Below are positions 47,102 through 56,618 of a DNA stretch of 64,000 bases, in pieces. This DNA is from Thermoanaerobaculia bacterium. Its GTDB lineage: Bacteria > Acidobacteriota > Thermoanaerobaculia > Multivoradales > Multivoraceae. The position numbers and the translations under genes are program-made. The stretch is from contig OY762911.1 of assembly GCA_963666565.1 (NCBI GenBank), forward strand, positions 2,048,001-2,112,000, written 5' to 3'. Positions within the stretch are counted from its first letter, which is position 1. Each line of letters opens with the position of its first letter. A model generated the notes under the pieces. It was not told the origin of the DNA. It was given only the letters and a program-made list of their open reading frames with translations, and searched no databases.

Positions 47102-48292
47102 CTACATCGAGGCCAGCAGCTCCCCCAACTGCTCCAAACTTGAGAGGTTGTGAACCGGCAGAAAGTCGTCGACGTGCGGCAGGGCCGCCACGATGCCGCG
47201 GGTCAACGGCCGGTAGTCCGGCGAGCCGAGCAGCGGGTTGAGCCAGATCAGGCGGTGGCAACTCCGGTGCAGACGTTCCATCTCGCGGCCGAGCAAGTCG
47301 ATGTCGCCGCGGTCCCAGCCGTCGCTGATGATGAGGACGGCGGCGCCCTGGCCGAGCAGGCGCCGGCTCCAGGTGAAGTTGAACTCCCGCAGCGCCTCGC
47401 CGGTGCGGGTGCCGCCGCCCCAGTCCTCGATGCGGTGGGCGGCGCTCTCCAGGGCCCGGTCGACGTCGCGTTCGGCCAGTTCCCGGGTCAGCCGCGTTAG
47501 CCGGGTGCCGAAGGCGAACGACTCCACCCGCGAGATGCCCGGATCGGCCGAGCGCGGATGCGAAACGGCGTAGATGAAGTGGAGCAGCAGCCGCGAGTAG
47601 GGCTCCATCGAGCCCGAGATGTCGCAGAGCAGGACCAGCGGACGGCGGCGGTGCTTGCGGTCGCGGCCGACGAGATGGATCAGTTCGCCGCCGTGGGCCA
47701 GGTTGCGCCGGAGCGTACGCCGCAGGTCGAGCCGGTGGCGGCCGCGGCTCGGCCGAAGGCGCCGCGTGCGGCGGGTCTCGAGCTCCCAGTGCATCGTCGC
47801 CATCAGCCGCTTGATCTCGTCCAGCTCCTCGCCCTCGAGCTGTGCGAAGTCCTTCCGGCGCAACGCCTCCCGGGCGCTGTAGAGCTGCGCGCGGGCGGTG
47901 CGGTCGCGGTCGTCCGCGCGGTCTTCGCCGGCGTCCCTGTCGTTGAGCGCCAGCTTCTGGATCGCGGCTCGCTTCGTTCGCTCGGTCCGGCGCTGGATCA
48001 TCAAGCCCAGTTCGAGCTGCTCTAGCTCCCGCGGGTCGCGCGCCTGCCAGAACAGCTCGAAGGCCTTGTCGAACCACGGAAGGTCGCGCCGCCGGCTGAC
48101 CAGGACCGCCCGGGCAGCCGCCTTCACGTCGCTCTTGCGGGCGAGGTCGACCAGTTCGAGCGCGGCGACCCAGTCGCGGAGCTGGGTCGGCGTCACGTCC
48201 AGGCTGCCGACGCGCAGCAGACGTCCGAAGAGGACAATGTTGCGGAGCAGGTGGCCGCGGGCTGCCGCGGCAGCCGTCGGGCCTTCAGTCAC
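47102..48292 (-). CDS. CoxE-like VWA domain protein
   Basis: DISGSM MIDAS, FAFGTRLT, WGGGTRTG, IISDGWD, LIWLNPL. Confidence 0.9.
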   Translation of the reverse strand: MTEGPTAAAAARGHLLRNIVLFGRLLRVGSLDVTPTQLRDWVAALELVDLARKSDVKAAARAVLVSRRRDLPWFDKAFELFWQARDPRELEQLELGLMIQRRTERTKRAAIQKLALNDRDAGEDRADDRDRTARAQLYSAREALRRKDFAQLEGEELDEIKRLMATMHWELETRRTRRLRPSRGRHRLDLRRTLRRNLAHGGELIHLVGRDRKHRRRPLVLLCDISGSMEPYSRLLLHFIYAVSHPRSADPGISRVESFAFGTRLTRLTRELAERDVDRALESAAHRIEDWGGGTRTGEALREFNFTWSRRLLGQGAAVLIISDGWDRGDIDLLGREMERLHRSCHRLIWLNPLLGSPDYRPLTRGIVAALPHVDDFLPVHNLSSLEQLGELLASM

Positions 48293-49286
48293 TTGGTGAC
48301 TGGCTCTTCCGCAGCAGCCGGCGCACCGCCTCGTCGTCGACCTTGTCGAGATCGTCCTGGTACTTCAGCAGAACGCCCAGGGTGTCGCGCAGGATCCGGT
48401 CCGAGAGCGTTTCCTGGTCGAGGGCGATCAGGGCGTTCGTCCAGTCCAGCGTTTCGGCGACGCCGGGATGTTTGAACAGGTCCTCCTCGCGGAGCGCCTG
48501 GACCAGGCGGACGATCTCGGCGGCGAAGTGTTCGGGCGCCTCGGGGACGCGGCGCAGGACGATCTGGACTTCCTTCTCGTAGTCGGGGAAGTCGATCCAG
48601 TGGTAGAGGCAGCGTCGCTTCAGCGCGTCGTGGACTTCGCGGGTGCGGTTCGAGGTGACGACGGCGACCGGCGGCCGTTCGGCGGCGACGGTGCCGATCT
48701 CGGGGATCGTGATCTGGAAGTCGGCCAGGATCTCCAGCAGGTAGGCCTCGAACTCCTCGTCGGCGCGGTCCAGTTCGTCGATCAGCAGTACGGGCGGGGC
48801 TTGGCCCGCGCGGCTCTGCCGGACGGCGCGCAGCAGCGGCCGTTCGAGCAGGAAGTCGGAGGAGAAGACGTCGTCGACGGCGGCGCGCGCGTCGCCGGGG
48901 CCGCCGCCTCGGCCGGGACCGCCACCTCCGCCGGGGCCTCCGCCGGCGCCGCCGGCCGCCTCCACGCCGCGCAGGTGGAGCAGTTGCCGGCGGTAGTTCC
49001 ACTCGTAGACGGCGGTCGAGACGTCGAGTCCCTCGTAGCACTGGAGCCGGATCAGCTCCGATCCGAGGCAGCGGGCGAGAGCCTTGGCGACCTCCGTCTT
49101 GCCGACGCCGGGCTCGCCCTCGAGGAAAATCGGCTTGCCCATGCTGAGCGACAGGTAGATCGCGGTGGCGAGGTCGCGCTCGGCGATGTAGTCCTCGGCC
49201 CGGAGCGCCGCGACGACGGCGTCGACGTCGGGGAAGCCGGGGTCCGTGCGGTGGCTGGAGCGCTGGAAATCGGGCGAGACGGTCAT
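48285..49286 (-). CDS. CoxD-like MoxR AAA+ ATPase
   Basis: GEPGVGKT, RLQCYEGLD, LLIDELDRAD, TSNRTREVHDALKRRC. Confidence 0.9.
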   Translation of the reverse strand: MTVSPDFQRSSHRTDPGFPDVDAVVAALRAEDYIAERDLATAIYLSLSMGKPIFLEGEPGVGKTEVAKALARCLGSELIRLQCYEGLDVSTAVYEWNYRRQLLHLRGVEAAGGAGGGPGGGGGPGRGGGPGDARAAVDDVFSSDFLLERPLLRAVRQSRAGQAPPVLLIDELDRADEEFEAYLLEILADFQITIPEIGTVAAERPPVAVVTSNRTREVHDALKRRCLYHWIDFPDYEKEVQIVLRRVPEAPEHFAAEIVRLVQALREEDLFKHPGVAETLDWTNALIALDQETLSDRILRDTLGVLLKYQDDLDKVDDEAVRRLLRKSQSPSD

Positions 49287-49333
49287 GGTCCTGGAGGCCG
49301 CGGCAGGCTATCGCAGGCGGTGTCCGCCTTTCC

Positions 49334-49477
49334 GCTGGGTGCGCGGGTCTTCCGACCCGCTGTCGGGCGGAGCCGCGAAGCGGCGCAGCCCGAACAAGAA
49401 GGCCGCCGGCCAACGGCCGGCGACGATGCTGGACGCCGCCTTCGGCGGCAGCGGGTCGGAAGACCCGCGCACCCAGC
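49334..49477. repeat. Inverted REP doublet (REPIN-like)
   Basis: REPs 49334-49360 (+) and 49451-49477 (-). Confidence 0.9.
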
Positions 49478-49492
49478 GCTTGCACCCGGCGG

Positions 49493-50980
49493 CTACAGGT
49501 CGATGATCGCGTCGATCTCGGGCGGCAGCGGCTTCGGTTTCGACAGCAGGGAGATGCCGAAGAAGAGCGTCATCGACAGGAGCAGCGAGATGGCGCCGCC
49601 GTGAATGCCGTGGGGCACGCTGATATCGGCGATCTCGATGACGAAGTTGACCAGCAAGCCGGAGACGATCGCCACGTTCGCCGCCAGCGGCGTCGCCCGT
49701 TTCCAGTTGAAGCCGATCGCTACCGTCGGCACCAACGCCGCCGCGAACGTGCCCCAGCCGAAGGCGCCGAGCAGGGCGACCAGGTCCGAGCTCGACAGGC
49801 TCACGAAGAGCGCCGCGAACACGGCCAGCACGAGGGTCGCCACGCGCGCCCAGAAGAGTTCCTTCTTCAGCGGCCTGCCGGTGATCGCCTTCGGAATGTC
49901 GTGGATGATCGCCGCGGCGCCGATGTTCAGGAAGCCGTCCGCGGTCGACATGATCGCCGCGAAGAGCGCGGCGAAGACGATGCCCGCCAGGATCGGGTGC
50001 GCGTACGACTGGAGGAACGCGTAGGCCGCGTCGTCGGGCTGGCCGAGTTCGGGATGGTCGCCGGCCACGACCAGCGCCCGCATGGCGAAGCCGATCGCGA
50101 TCCAAAGCAGCGCCGCGAGCACGCCGGCGATCGCGCTGACCAGGAAGATCTGCTTGAACTGGCGAATCCGCTTGTTCATCATCAGCTTGGTGACGATGTG
50201 GGGTTGCCCGCAGGCGCCGACGACGAACAGGAAGTAGTACGACAGTGCCCCCATGATGCCGAGGGTGCCCCACGGTCCGATCGCCTCCGGGTCGTCGTTC
50301 ACCAGCGTCGTCGCGCCGCCGGCGAGGCCGCCATCGACCGCGTTGACGGCCGCGACCACCACCAGCACGCCCGCGATCGCCATCACCGCGCCCTGCACGA
50401 CGTCCGTGTAGACGCCGGCGATGATGCCGCCGGTCACGCAGTAGAAGACGAGCACGGCGACCGAGATCGCCATCGAGGCGCCCAGGCTGACGTGCGGCAT
50501 GCCGTCGACGCTGTTCAGGATCTCCTGCAGCACGACCGCCATCGCCATGACCTGCGCGGCCAGGTAGCCGACGACCCCGAGGATGATCGCAACCGCCGTC
50601 AGGAACCGGCTCGTTTCGCTCTGGTAGCGGAGCGCCACCGTGTCCGGCAGCGAAACCGTCCGGTACACCTCCGAGAAGATGCGGAGCCGCTTCGCCACCA
50701 GGAAGAAGGTGAAGCAGCTCGCCACCGTGCCGCAGACGATCATCCACACGGACGTCATGCCCTGGCTGTAGACCAGGCCGGGGCCGCCCACGAAGCCGAA
50801 CCCGGAGAGCGTGCTGGAGAACAGGGCGAACGCGGTCACGATGATGCCGAGCTCCCGCCCGGCCATGAAGAAGTCGTGGGACGACTTCGTGCGCCTGAGC
50901 GCCCAGACGCCGACGCCGATGCACAGCGCGAAGTAGATGAGGAGGCAGGTCAGGACGACCGCGTTGCGACTCTCCTCCAT
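49493..50980 (-). CDS. Sodium:solute symporter (PutP-like)
   Basis: DFFMAGR, SGFGFVGGPG, YTDVVQG, GQPH, AAIMSTAD. Confidence 0.9.
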   Translation of the reverse strand: MEESRNAVVLTCLLIYFALCIGVGVWALRRTKSSHDFFMAGRELGIIVTAFALFSSTLSGFGFVGGPGLVYSQGMTSVWMIVCGTVASCFTFFLVAKRLRIFSEVYRTVSLPDTVALRYQSETSRFLTAVAIILGVVGYLAAQVMAMAVVLQEILNSVDGMPHVSLGASMAISVAVLVFYCVTGGIIAGVYTDVVQGAVMAIAGVLVVVAAVNAVDGGLAGGATTLVNDDPEAIGPWGTLGIMGALSYYFLFVVGACGQPHIVTKLMMNKRIRQFKQIFLVSAIAGVLAALLWIAIGFAMRALVVAGDHPELGQPDDAAYAFLQSYAHPILAGIVFAALFAAIMSTADGFLNIGAAAIIHDIPKAITGRPLKKELFWARVATLVLAVFAALFVSLSSSDLVALLGAFGWGTFAAALVPTVAIGFNWKRATPLAANVAIVSGLLVNFVIEIADISVPHGIHGGAISLLLSMTLFFGISLLSKPKPLPPEIDAIIDL

Positions 50981-51603
50981 CAGCCGCCTCCCGCTCCCGC
51001 CGCGCCGCCGCCGGCTTCAAGCTCCTTCCGGCCCTCGCTCTCCCTCTGTCGCTGCGCCGCGGCGAGCTCCGCCACCTTCCGCTCGTCCTCCTCCGTGAAG
51101 AACCAGCGGTCGAAGATCCGCATGTACACGAACATGAGGTACACGGGGAAGGGCCAGACCGCGTAGAACACCCACGCCGTCGGCCTCGGGAAGCCGAGGA
51201 ACAGGGCGTGCGTTTCCCCGGCCGCGTAGCGCTGGTACGAGAAGACGAGCGCGGTGAAGATCGCCGCCAGTACCAGGGTGCCGACGATCAGCGGCTGCTT
51301 CGCCGGCCCCAGGGAGGCGCCGCCGTCCTTGCGCCGCTCCATTCCCATCGCCAGGCAGCCGCCGAAGAACAGCACCTGCAGGAGGATGAAGGCCCAGCCG
51401 ATCCACAGCGTCGTGGCGTGACGTTCCGCGCCCGGCCCGCCCTGGCGCATCGTGGAGAAGCGGTCGTGCTGGAAGCCGCTGCCGCTCACGACCTGCTCGG
51501 TCGCGCCGTCCTGTACGGCCACCTCCGTCGGCGCCACGAACGCCGCGCCGACGGCGAGGCACATGCCGATCAGGGTGAGGAAGACGAACCAGTGCAGCTT
51601 CAT
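50980..51603 (-). CDS. Hypothetical membrane protein coupled to the symporter
   Basis: Four hydrophobic segments; TGATG overlap with the symporter start. Confidence 0.7.
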   Translation of the reverse strand: MKLHWFVFLTLIGMCLAVGAAFVAPTEVAVQDGATEQVVSGSGFQHDRFSTMRQGGPGAERHATTLWIGWAFILLQVLFFGGCLAMGMERRKDGGASLGPAKQPLIVGTLVLAAIFTALVFSYQRYAAGETHALFLGFPRPTAWVFYAVWPFPVYLMFVYMRIFDRWFFTEEDERKVAELAAAQRQRESEGRKELEAGGGAAGAGGG

Positions 51604-51708
51604 GGATGGCGTGACTGTCGCGCGCTCGCGGTCGGGGGAAGGTCGGGGGAGAGCCGGCGCAGCCTACCCCAGCCGCGCCGCGAACGGGCGTTGTTATGGT
51701 CCCGCGCC

Positions 51709-53682
51709 ATGGACGGCGAGCCGGAAGCAAGCCAGAAGCCGCTCGCCCGGCTGTTCGCCTACATGCGCCTCGCGCCCGGCGCCTACGTCCTGGGCGGGGT
51801 ACTCACCCTCCTCTACGTCGCGTTCTTCCAGCTCATCCCGATCGCGGGCCGGAACATCGTCGCGGCGCTCGAAGGCCCGCCCGAGCAGTTCCAGCGGGAG
51901 GTCTGGTTCCTGGTGGTCGCCGCCCTGGGCCTGGCGGTGACGCGGCTGTTCTCGCGGATCGTGATGTTCAACGTCGGCCGGGAGATCGAGTTCCGCATCC
52001 GCAACGACTACTTCACCCACCTGCAGAGCCTGCCGCAGTCGTTCTACCTGGCGCACCGGACGGGCGACCTGATGTCGCGTGCGGTGAACGACATCAACAG
52101 CATCCGCCTGTTCCTGGGGATGGGCCTCCTGAACCTGCTCCAGACGCCGGTGCTGTTCCTCGGCGCCCTGGTCGTCATGCTGCGGGTGGACGCGGTGCTG
52201 ACCCTGTGGTCGATGGCCTCCTTCCCGGTCTTCGTGCTCGTCACGCGCCACTACAGCCGCTTCATGTTCCAGGCCAATCTGGCGGGGCAGGAGCAGCTCG
52301 GCAAGGTCTCGACGGTGGTGCAGGAGAACGCCTCGGGCGCCCTGGTGGTCAAGTCCTACGACCTGGCGGACCTGGAGCGGGACCGCTTCGAGGAGCAGAA
52401 CCAGGAGCTGTTCCGCCGGATGATGAGGGTCGGCGTCATGCAGACGACGATGTTCGCCTCGGTCGGCCTCGTGCCGTCCATTTCGGCGGCGCTGGTGCTG
52501 TGGCTCGGAGGCCGGCGGGTGCAGGCGGGCCTGCTCGGCGTCGAGGACCTGTGGCTGTTCTGGGGCTACATCGCGATGCTGACCTTCCCGATCATGATGC
52601 TGGGCTTCGTCGTGGCGATCACCCAGCGCGGGCTTGCGGCGCTCGAACGGCTGGGCTCGGTGCTCGACATCGTGCCCTCGATCCGCGACCGGGAGGATGT
52701 GGCCGCCGTCTCCAGGGTGGCTGGCCGGGTGGAGTTCCGCAACCTGACCTTCACCTACCCGGGCAGCTACCTGCCGGCTCTGAAGAACATCGACCTCACG
52801 GTCGAGGCGGGCAGCACGGTCGGCATCGTGGGGCCGGTCGGATCGGGCAAGACGACCCTGGTCAGCCTGGTGCCGAGGATCCTGGAGGTCGACGACGGCG
52901 AGATCCTCATCGACGGCGTGGATCTCAACCGGATGCCGGTCCAGGTGCTGCGGTCGAGCATCGCCATGGTGCCGCAGGACAGCTTCCTGTTCTCGATCTC
53001 CGTGGCCGAGAACATCCGGTACGGCGTGCCCGACGCCAGCCTGCGCGAGGTGCGCGCGGCCGCGTCGCGAGCCCAGGTCGAACGGGAGATCGAGGAGTTC
53101 GAGGACGGTTTCGAGACCGTGGTCGGCGAGCGCGGCGTGACCCTCTCCGGCGGGCAGCGCCAGCGGGTGGCCCTGGCGCGGGCGATGATCCTCCGTCCCT
53201 CGATCCTCATCCTCGACGATTCGCTGTCGAGCGTCGACCACGGCACCGAGGAGGCGATCCTGGGCGACATCGAGGGGAAGCGGCGGGGCAGGACCTGCTT
53301 CATCGTCGCCCACCGCATCTCCGCCGTGCGAGGCGCCGACCAGATCGTCGTACTGGAGGACGGCCGGATCACCGAAAGCGGGACGCACCGCGAGTTGGTG
53401 GAGCTCGGCGGCTTCTACGCCAGCCTGCACCGCCGGCAGGAACTGCTGTCGGAGCTGGAACCCGGCTGGAGTGTTCCGGCGCCGGGCGCGGGTCGGTCGG
53501 CGGGCGCGGCGTCGAGCGTAAGGACGGCGCCAGGCGCCGGCGGGGCGCCCGCTTCGCGTGAGCGGCGGCTCGTCCCCGGCGACGGCGGTGCGGCGGTTTC
53601 GGACCAGCGGCGGCTGGTGCCCGGCGACGGCGGCGCGGCCACCTCGGGCCGGCGGCGGCCGGCCCCGGAGGAGCCGTCGTGA
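51709..53682 (+). CDS. ABC exporter, fused permease/ATPase (heterodimer half 1)
   Basis: TGDLMSR, GPVGSGKT, LSGGQRQR, ILDDSLS (degenerate Walker B); 45-bp repeat in the tail. Confidence 0.92.
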   Translation: MDGEPEASQKPLARLFAYMRLAPGAYVLGGVLTLLYVAFFQLIPIAGRNIVAALEGPPEQFQREVWFLVVAALGLAVTRLFSRIVMFNVGREIEFRIRNDYFTHLQSLPQSFYLAHRTGDLMSRAVNDINSIRLFLGMGLLNLLQTPVLFLGALVVMLRVDAVLTLWSMASFPVFVLVTRHYSRFMFQANLAGQEQLGKVSTVVQENASGALVVKSYDLADLERDRFEEQNQELFRRMMRVGVMQTTMFASVGLVPSISAALVLWLGGRRVQAGLLGVEDLWLFWGYIAMLTFPIMMLGFVVAITQRGLAALERLGSVLDIVPSIRDREDVAAVSRVAGRVEFRNLTFTYPGSYLPALKNIDLTVEAGSTVGIVGPVGSGKTTLVSLVPRILEVDDGEILIDGVDLNRMPVQVLRSSIAMVPQDSFLFSISVAENIRYGVPDASLREVRAAASRAQVEREIEEFEDGFETVVGERGVTLSGGQRQRVALARAMILRPSILILDDSLSSVDHGTEEAILGDIEGKRRGRTCFIVAHRISAVRGADQIVVLEDGRITESGTHRELVELGGFYASLHRRQELLSELEPGWSVPAPGAGRSAGAASSVRTAPGAGGAPASRERRLVPGDGGAAVSDQRRLVPGDGGAATSGRRRPAPEEPS

Positions 53683-55628
53683 GCGAGGAGCGGAGCGAGG
53701 CCGTCGAGCTCGGCCGCGAGCGGGATCTCGGCAAGGTCTACGACAGCGAACTGATCGCGCGGCTGTGGCCGTTCATGCGGCCCTACCGCGCCTGGATCGG
53801 GTTCAACTTCGCCCTCATCCCGGCGCGGGCAGTCCTGGAGCTCATGCCGGCGCTGGTCGTGGGCGCGGCGCTCAACTACCTGACCGAGGGCGTCGCGAGT
53901 TCGGAAGTGGGTTGGATGGCCCCCTTCGTCGTGCCGCGGCTGGGGCTGCCGCCGCTGGCCTGGATGTTCGTCCTGGTGCTCGGCATCTCGGCGTTCACGC
54001 TCGGCATGGACTGGCTGCGGGCCTTCACGATGATCTCGCTCGGCCAGCGCACGGTCCGCGACGTCCGCCGGACGCTGTTCGACCACGTCCAACGGCTGCC
54101 GATGCGCTTCTTCGACCGCTACCCGGTGGGCCGCCTCGTGACCCGGCTGACGAACGATCTGGAGAACCTGGCGGAGATGTTCTCGGCCGGCGTCATCGCG
54201 ATGGTCGCCGACCTGTTCGTGATGGTCGTCATCCTCAGCATGCTGTTCGCGATCGAGCCGCGCCTGGCCCTGGCGGCGCTGGCGGTCGTGCCGTTCCTGG
54301 CGGTGGCGGCGACGATCTTCCGCTACAAGGTGCGGGAGGCGTACCGCGAAGTGCGGGTCAAGATCGCGCGACTGAACGCGCATCTGCAGGAGACGATCAC
54401 CGGCATGAAGGTGGTGCAGTTGTTCGCCCGCGAGCGGCGCAACTTCGAGGAGTTCGAGCGCGAGAACGCCTCCCACCGCGACTCCTGGTTGCGCTCGATC
54501 CGCTACGACGCGCTGCTGTTCTCGACCGTCGATCTGGCGACGAACCTGACGAGGGCGCTGATCTTCTGGTACGGCGCGAGGCTGATGGGCGCGGACGAGA
54601 TCACGCTGGGCACGATGTACGTCTTCTCGGACTACATGAGCCGCTTCTTCCGGCCGCTGATGGACCTGTCGGCGAAGTACTCGGTGATGCAGTCCTCGAT
54701 GGCGAGCGCGGAGCGGGTGTTCCAGCTTCTGGACGAGCCGCGGGAGCCGGAGGACCGGGCGGGCGAATCGGCCGTCGCCGTGGCTTCGGGCGCATCGGCG
54801 GCTGGCGCGGAGGTTCCCGGAGGCCGGCGCTCCGCGCCGGATGCCGGCGGGGATGCCGGCACACCCGGTTCCGCGCCGGCCGAACCGGGCGGCTGCGAGG
54901 TCGAGTTCGACGGCGTGACCTTCGCGTACGGCGCCGAGACCGTGCTGCGCGACGTCTCGTTCCGGGTCGCCGCCGGCGAACGGGTCGCGATCGTCGGCCA
55001 CACCGGGTCCGGCAAGACGACGACGCTCAAGCTGCTGGCGCGCCTCTACGAGCTGCAGGATGGGTCGATCCGGGTCGACGGCCAGGACATCCGGGACATC
55101 CCGAAGGCCGAACTGCGGCGCCGGATGGCGTTCGTGCTCCAGGACGTCTTTCTGTTCGACGGCGACCTGCGCTACAACGTGGCTCTCGGCCGCGACGTCG
55201 CCGACGACGTGATCGACGAGGCGGCGCGAGCCACCCACGTCGACGCCCTGGTCGAGCGCCTGCCGGGCGGCTGGGAGCACAAGGTCAGCGAGCGAGGCGT
55301 CAACTTCTCGACCGGCCAGCGGCAACTGCTCTCCTTCGCCCGCGCCTTGGCCCGCGAGCCGCGGCTCCTGCTCCTCGACGAAGCGACGGCGAACGTCGAC
55401 ACCGAGACCGAGGCCCTGATCCAGGACGCCCTCCACAGCCTGATGGAAGGCAAGACCTCGATCGTCGTCGCCCATCGCCTGTCGACGATCAAGGACGTCG
55501 ACCGCATCTACGTCTTCCACCACGGCGCCATCCGCGAGCACGGCACCCACGAGGAGTTGCTGGACCGCCGCGGCGTCTACTGGCGGCTCTACCAGTTGCA
55601 GTACGCGCAGCAGGAGACGGCGGCGTAG
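53679..55628 (+). CDS. ABC exporter, fused permease/ATPase (heterodimer half 2)
   Basis: GRLVTRLTND, GHTGSGKT, FSTGQRQL, LLDEAT, AHRLST; GTGA overlap. Confidence 0.92.
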   Translation: MSEERSEAVELGRERDLGKVYDSELIARLWPFMRPYRAWIGFNFALIPARAVLELMPALVVGAALNYLTEGVASSEVGWMAPFVVPRLGLPPLAWMFVLVLGISAFTLGMDWLRAFTMISLGQRTVRDVRRTLFDHVQRLPMRFFDRYPVGRLVTRLTNDLENLAEMFSAGVIAMVADLFVMVVILSMLFAIEPRLALAALAVVPFLAVAATIFRYKVREAYREVRVKIARLNAHLQETITGMKVVQLFARERRNFEEFERENASHRDSWLRSIRYDALLFSTVDLATNLTRALIFWYGARLMGADEITLGTMYVFSDYMSRFFRPLMDLSAKYSVMQSSMASAERVFQLLDEPREPEDRAGESAVAVASGASAAGAEVPGGRRSAPDAGGDAGTPGSAPAEPGGCEVEFDGVTFAYGAETVLRDVSFRVAAGERVAIVGHTGSGKTTTLKLLARLYELQDGSIRVDGQDIRDIPKAELRRRMAFVLQDVFLFDGDLRYNVALGRDVADDVIDEAARATHVDALVERLPGGWEHKVSERGVNFSTGQRQLLSFARALAREPRLLLLDEATANVDTETEALIQDALHSLMEGKTSIVVAHRLSTIKDVDRIYVFHHGAIREHGTHEELLDRRGVYWRLYQLQYAQQETAA

Positions 55629-55675
55629 CGGTCAGGCGGCAGCGCCCCTGTGCTAGCTTCCCTGCCGAGGTCGAG

Positions 55676-55945
55676 ATGACGGAACCCGGCGAACATCGTG
55701 AAGGGAGGCGGCGCCTCGTTCGGCTCGTCGAGCAGTTGCCGGACGAGGAGATAGCCGCCGCCGGCCGCTATCTCGAGTCGTTGGTCGGCGGCGAGGATCG
55801 GTTCACGAAGATCCTGCTGGAAGCGCCGGAAGAAGAAGAGGAGCTCAGCGCCGAAGGCAGGCGGCTCGTGGAGGAGGGTCTGGAAGACCTGCGAGCCGGA
55901 CGGGTCCACAGCTTCGACGAAGTGAAGCGGGAGCTCGGCCTCTGA
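55676..55945 (+). CDS. Small acidic putative antitoxin (89 aa), no adjacent toxin
   Basis: LVEQLPDEEI..., C-terminal EDLRAGRVHSFDEVKRELGL typical of RelE/ParE-partner antitoxins; GAGG RBS. Confidence 0.6.
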   Translation: MTEPGEHREGRRRLVRLVEQLPDEEIAAAGRYLESLVGGEDRFTKILLEAPEEEEELSAEGRRLVEEGLEDLRAGRVHSFDEVKRELGL

Positions 55946-56071
55946 TCGACGGCGTTGCGTTCAGCACGCGAGGTCTACGCGATCTCAGACGGCTGGACCG
56001 CCAGACGAGACGACGGGTCGTGGAAACCGTCGGTCGCTTCGCTGTTTCGGGGGCGGGATCCGTCAGGCGTC

Positions 56072-56602
56072 TCAGGGCCATCGAACCGCCGATGTGGCGC
56101 CTCCGGGTCGGCGGACGGCGGCGACGATCGCCAGTAACGCCGCCAGCGCGAGGCAGAGCAGGAGCGCATACGACTTCGACTGGGTGAACAAGGACGCGAT
56201 CGCCACCTGCCCCGCGGACACGTTCGGGTAGCGAACCAGCATGACGATGATCTGGACGTTCTCGCAAAGATCGAGTGCCCCCGCCGCCAGGGGTAGACAG
56301 GCCAGCCTCCAGGACCGTTCCGTCGGCCGGAACCGGTAGATGACTCCGGCCAGAAGGCTGGCGTAGACGAGGGGCAGCAACGTGTCCAGCGTTGCGGCGG
56401 ACCACGCATACACGCCTCGCCCCCGGTCGCCGTAGCCTTCCATCGCGGCCGCCACGTCTTCGTGCGTGTAGCCCGGTCTCGTGTCGAGCAGTTCGCTGCC
56501 GACGGAGAGCGCCGGGAAAACGGCGAGTACGAGGACGAGCGTCGTCGCAAGCGTGGCCCCGAGAACGAGCGTTCCGCTGACGAAGTCGAGATAGGCCCTC
56601 AT
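56072..56602 (-). CDS. Hypothetical membrane protein
   Basis: Four TM segments; LDTRPGY, LDTLLPLVY, DLCEN. Confidence 0.65.
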   Translation of the reverse strand: MRAYLDFVSGTLVLGATLATTLVLVLAVFPALSVGSELLDTRPGYTHEDVAAAMEGYGDRGRGVYAWSAATLDTLLPLVYASLLAGVIYRFRPTERSWRLACLPLAAGALDLCENVQIIVMLVRYPNVSAGQVAIASLFTQSKSYALLLCLALAALLAIVAAVRRPGGATSAVRWP

Positions 56603-56618
56603 GCCGGAGTGCGCCTCC

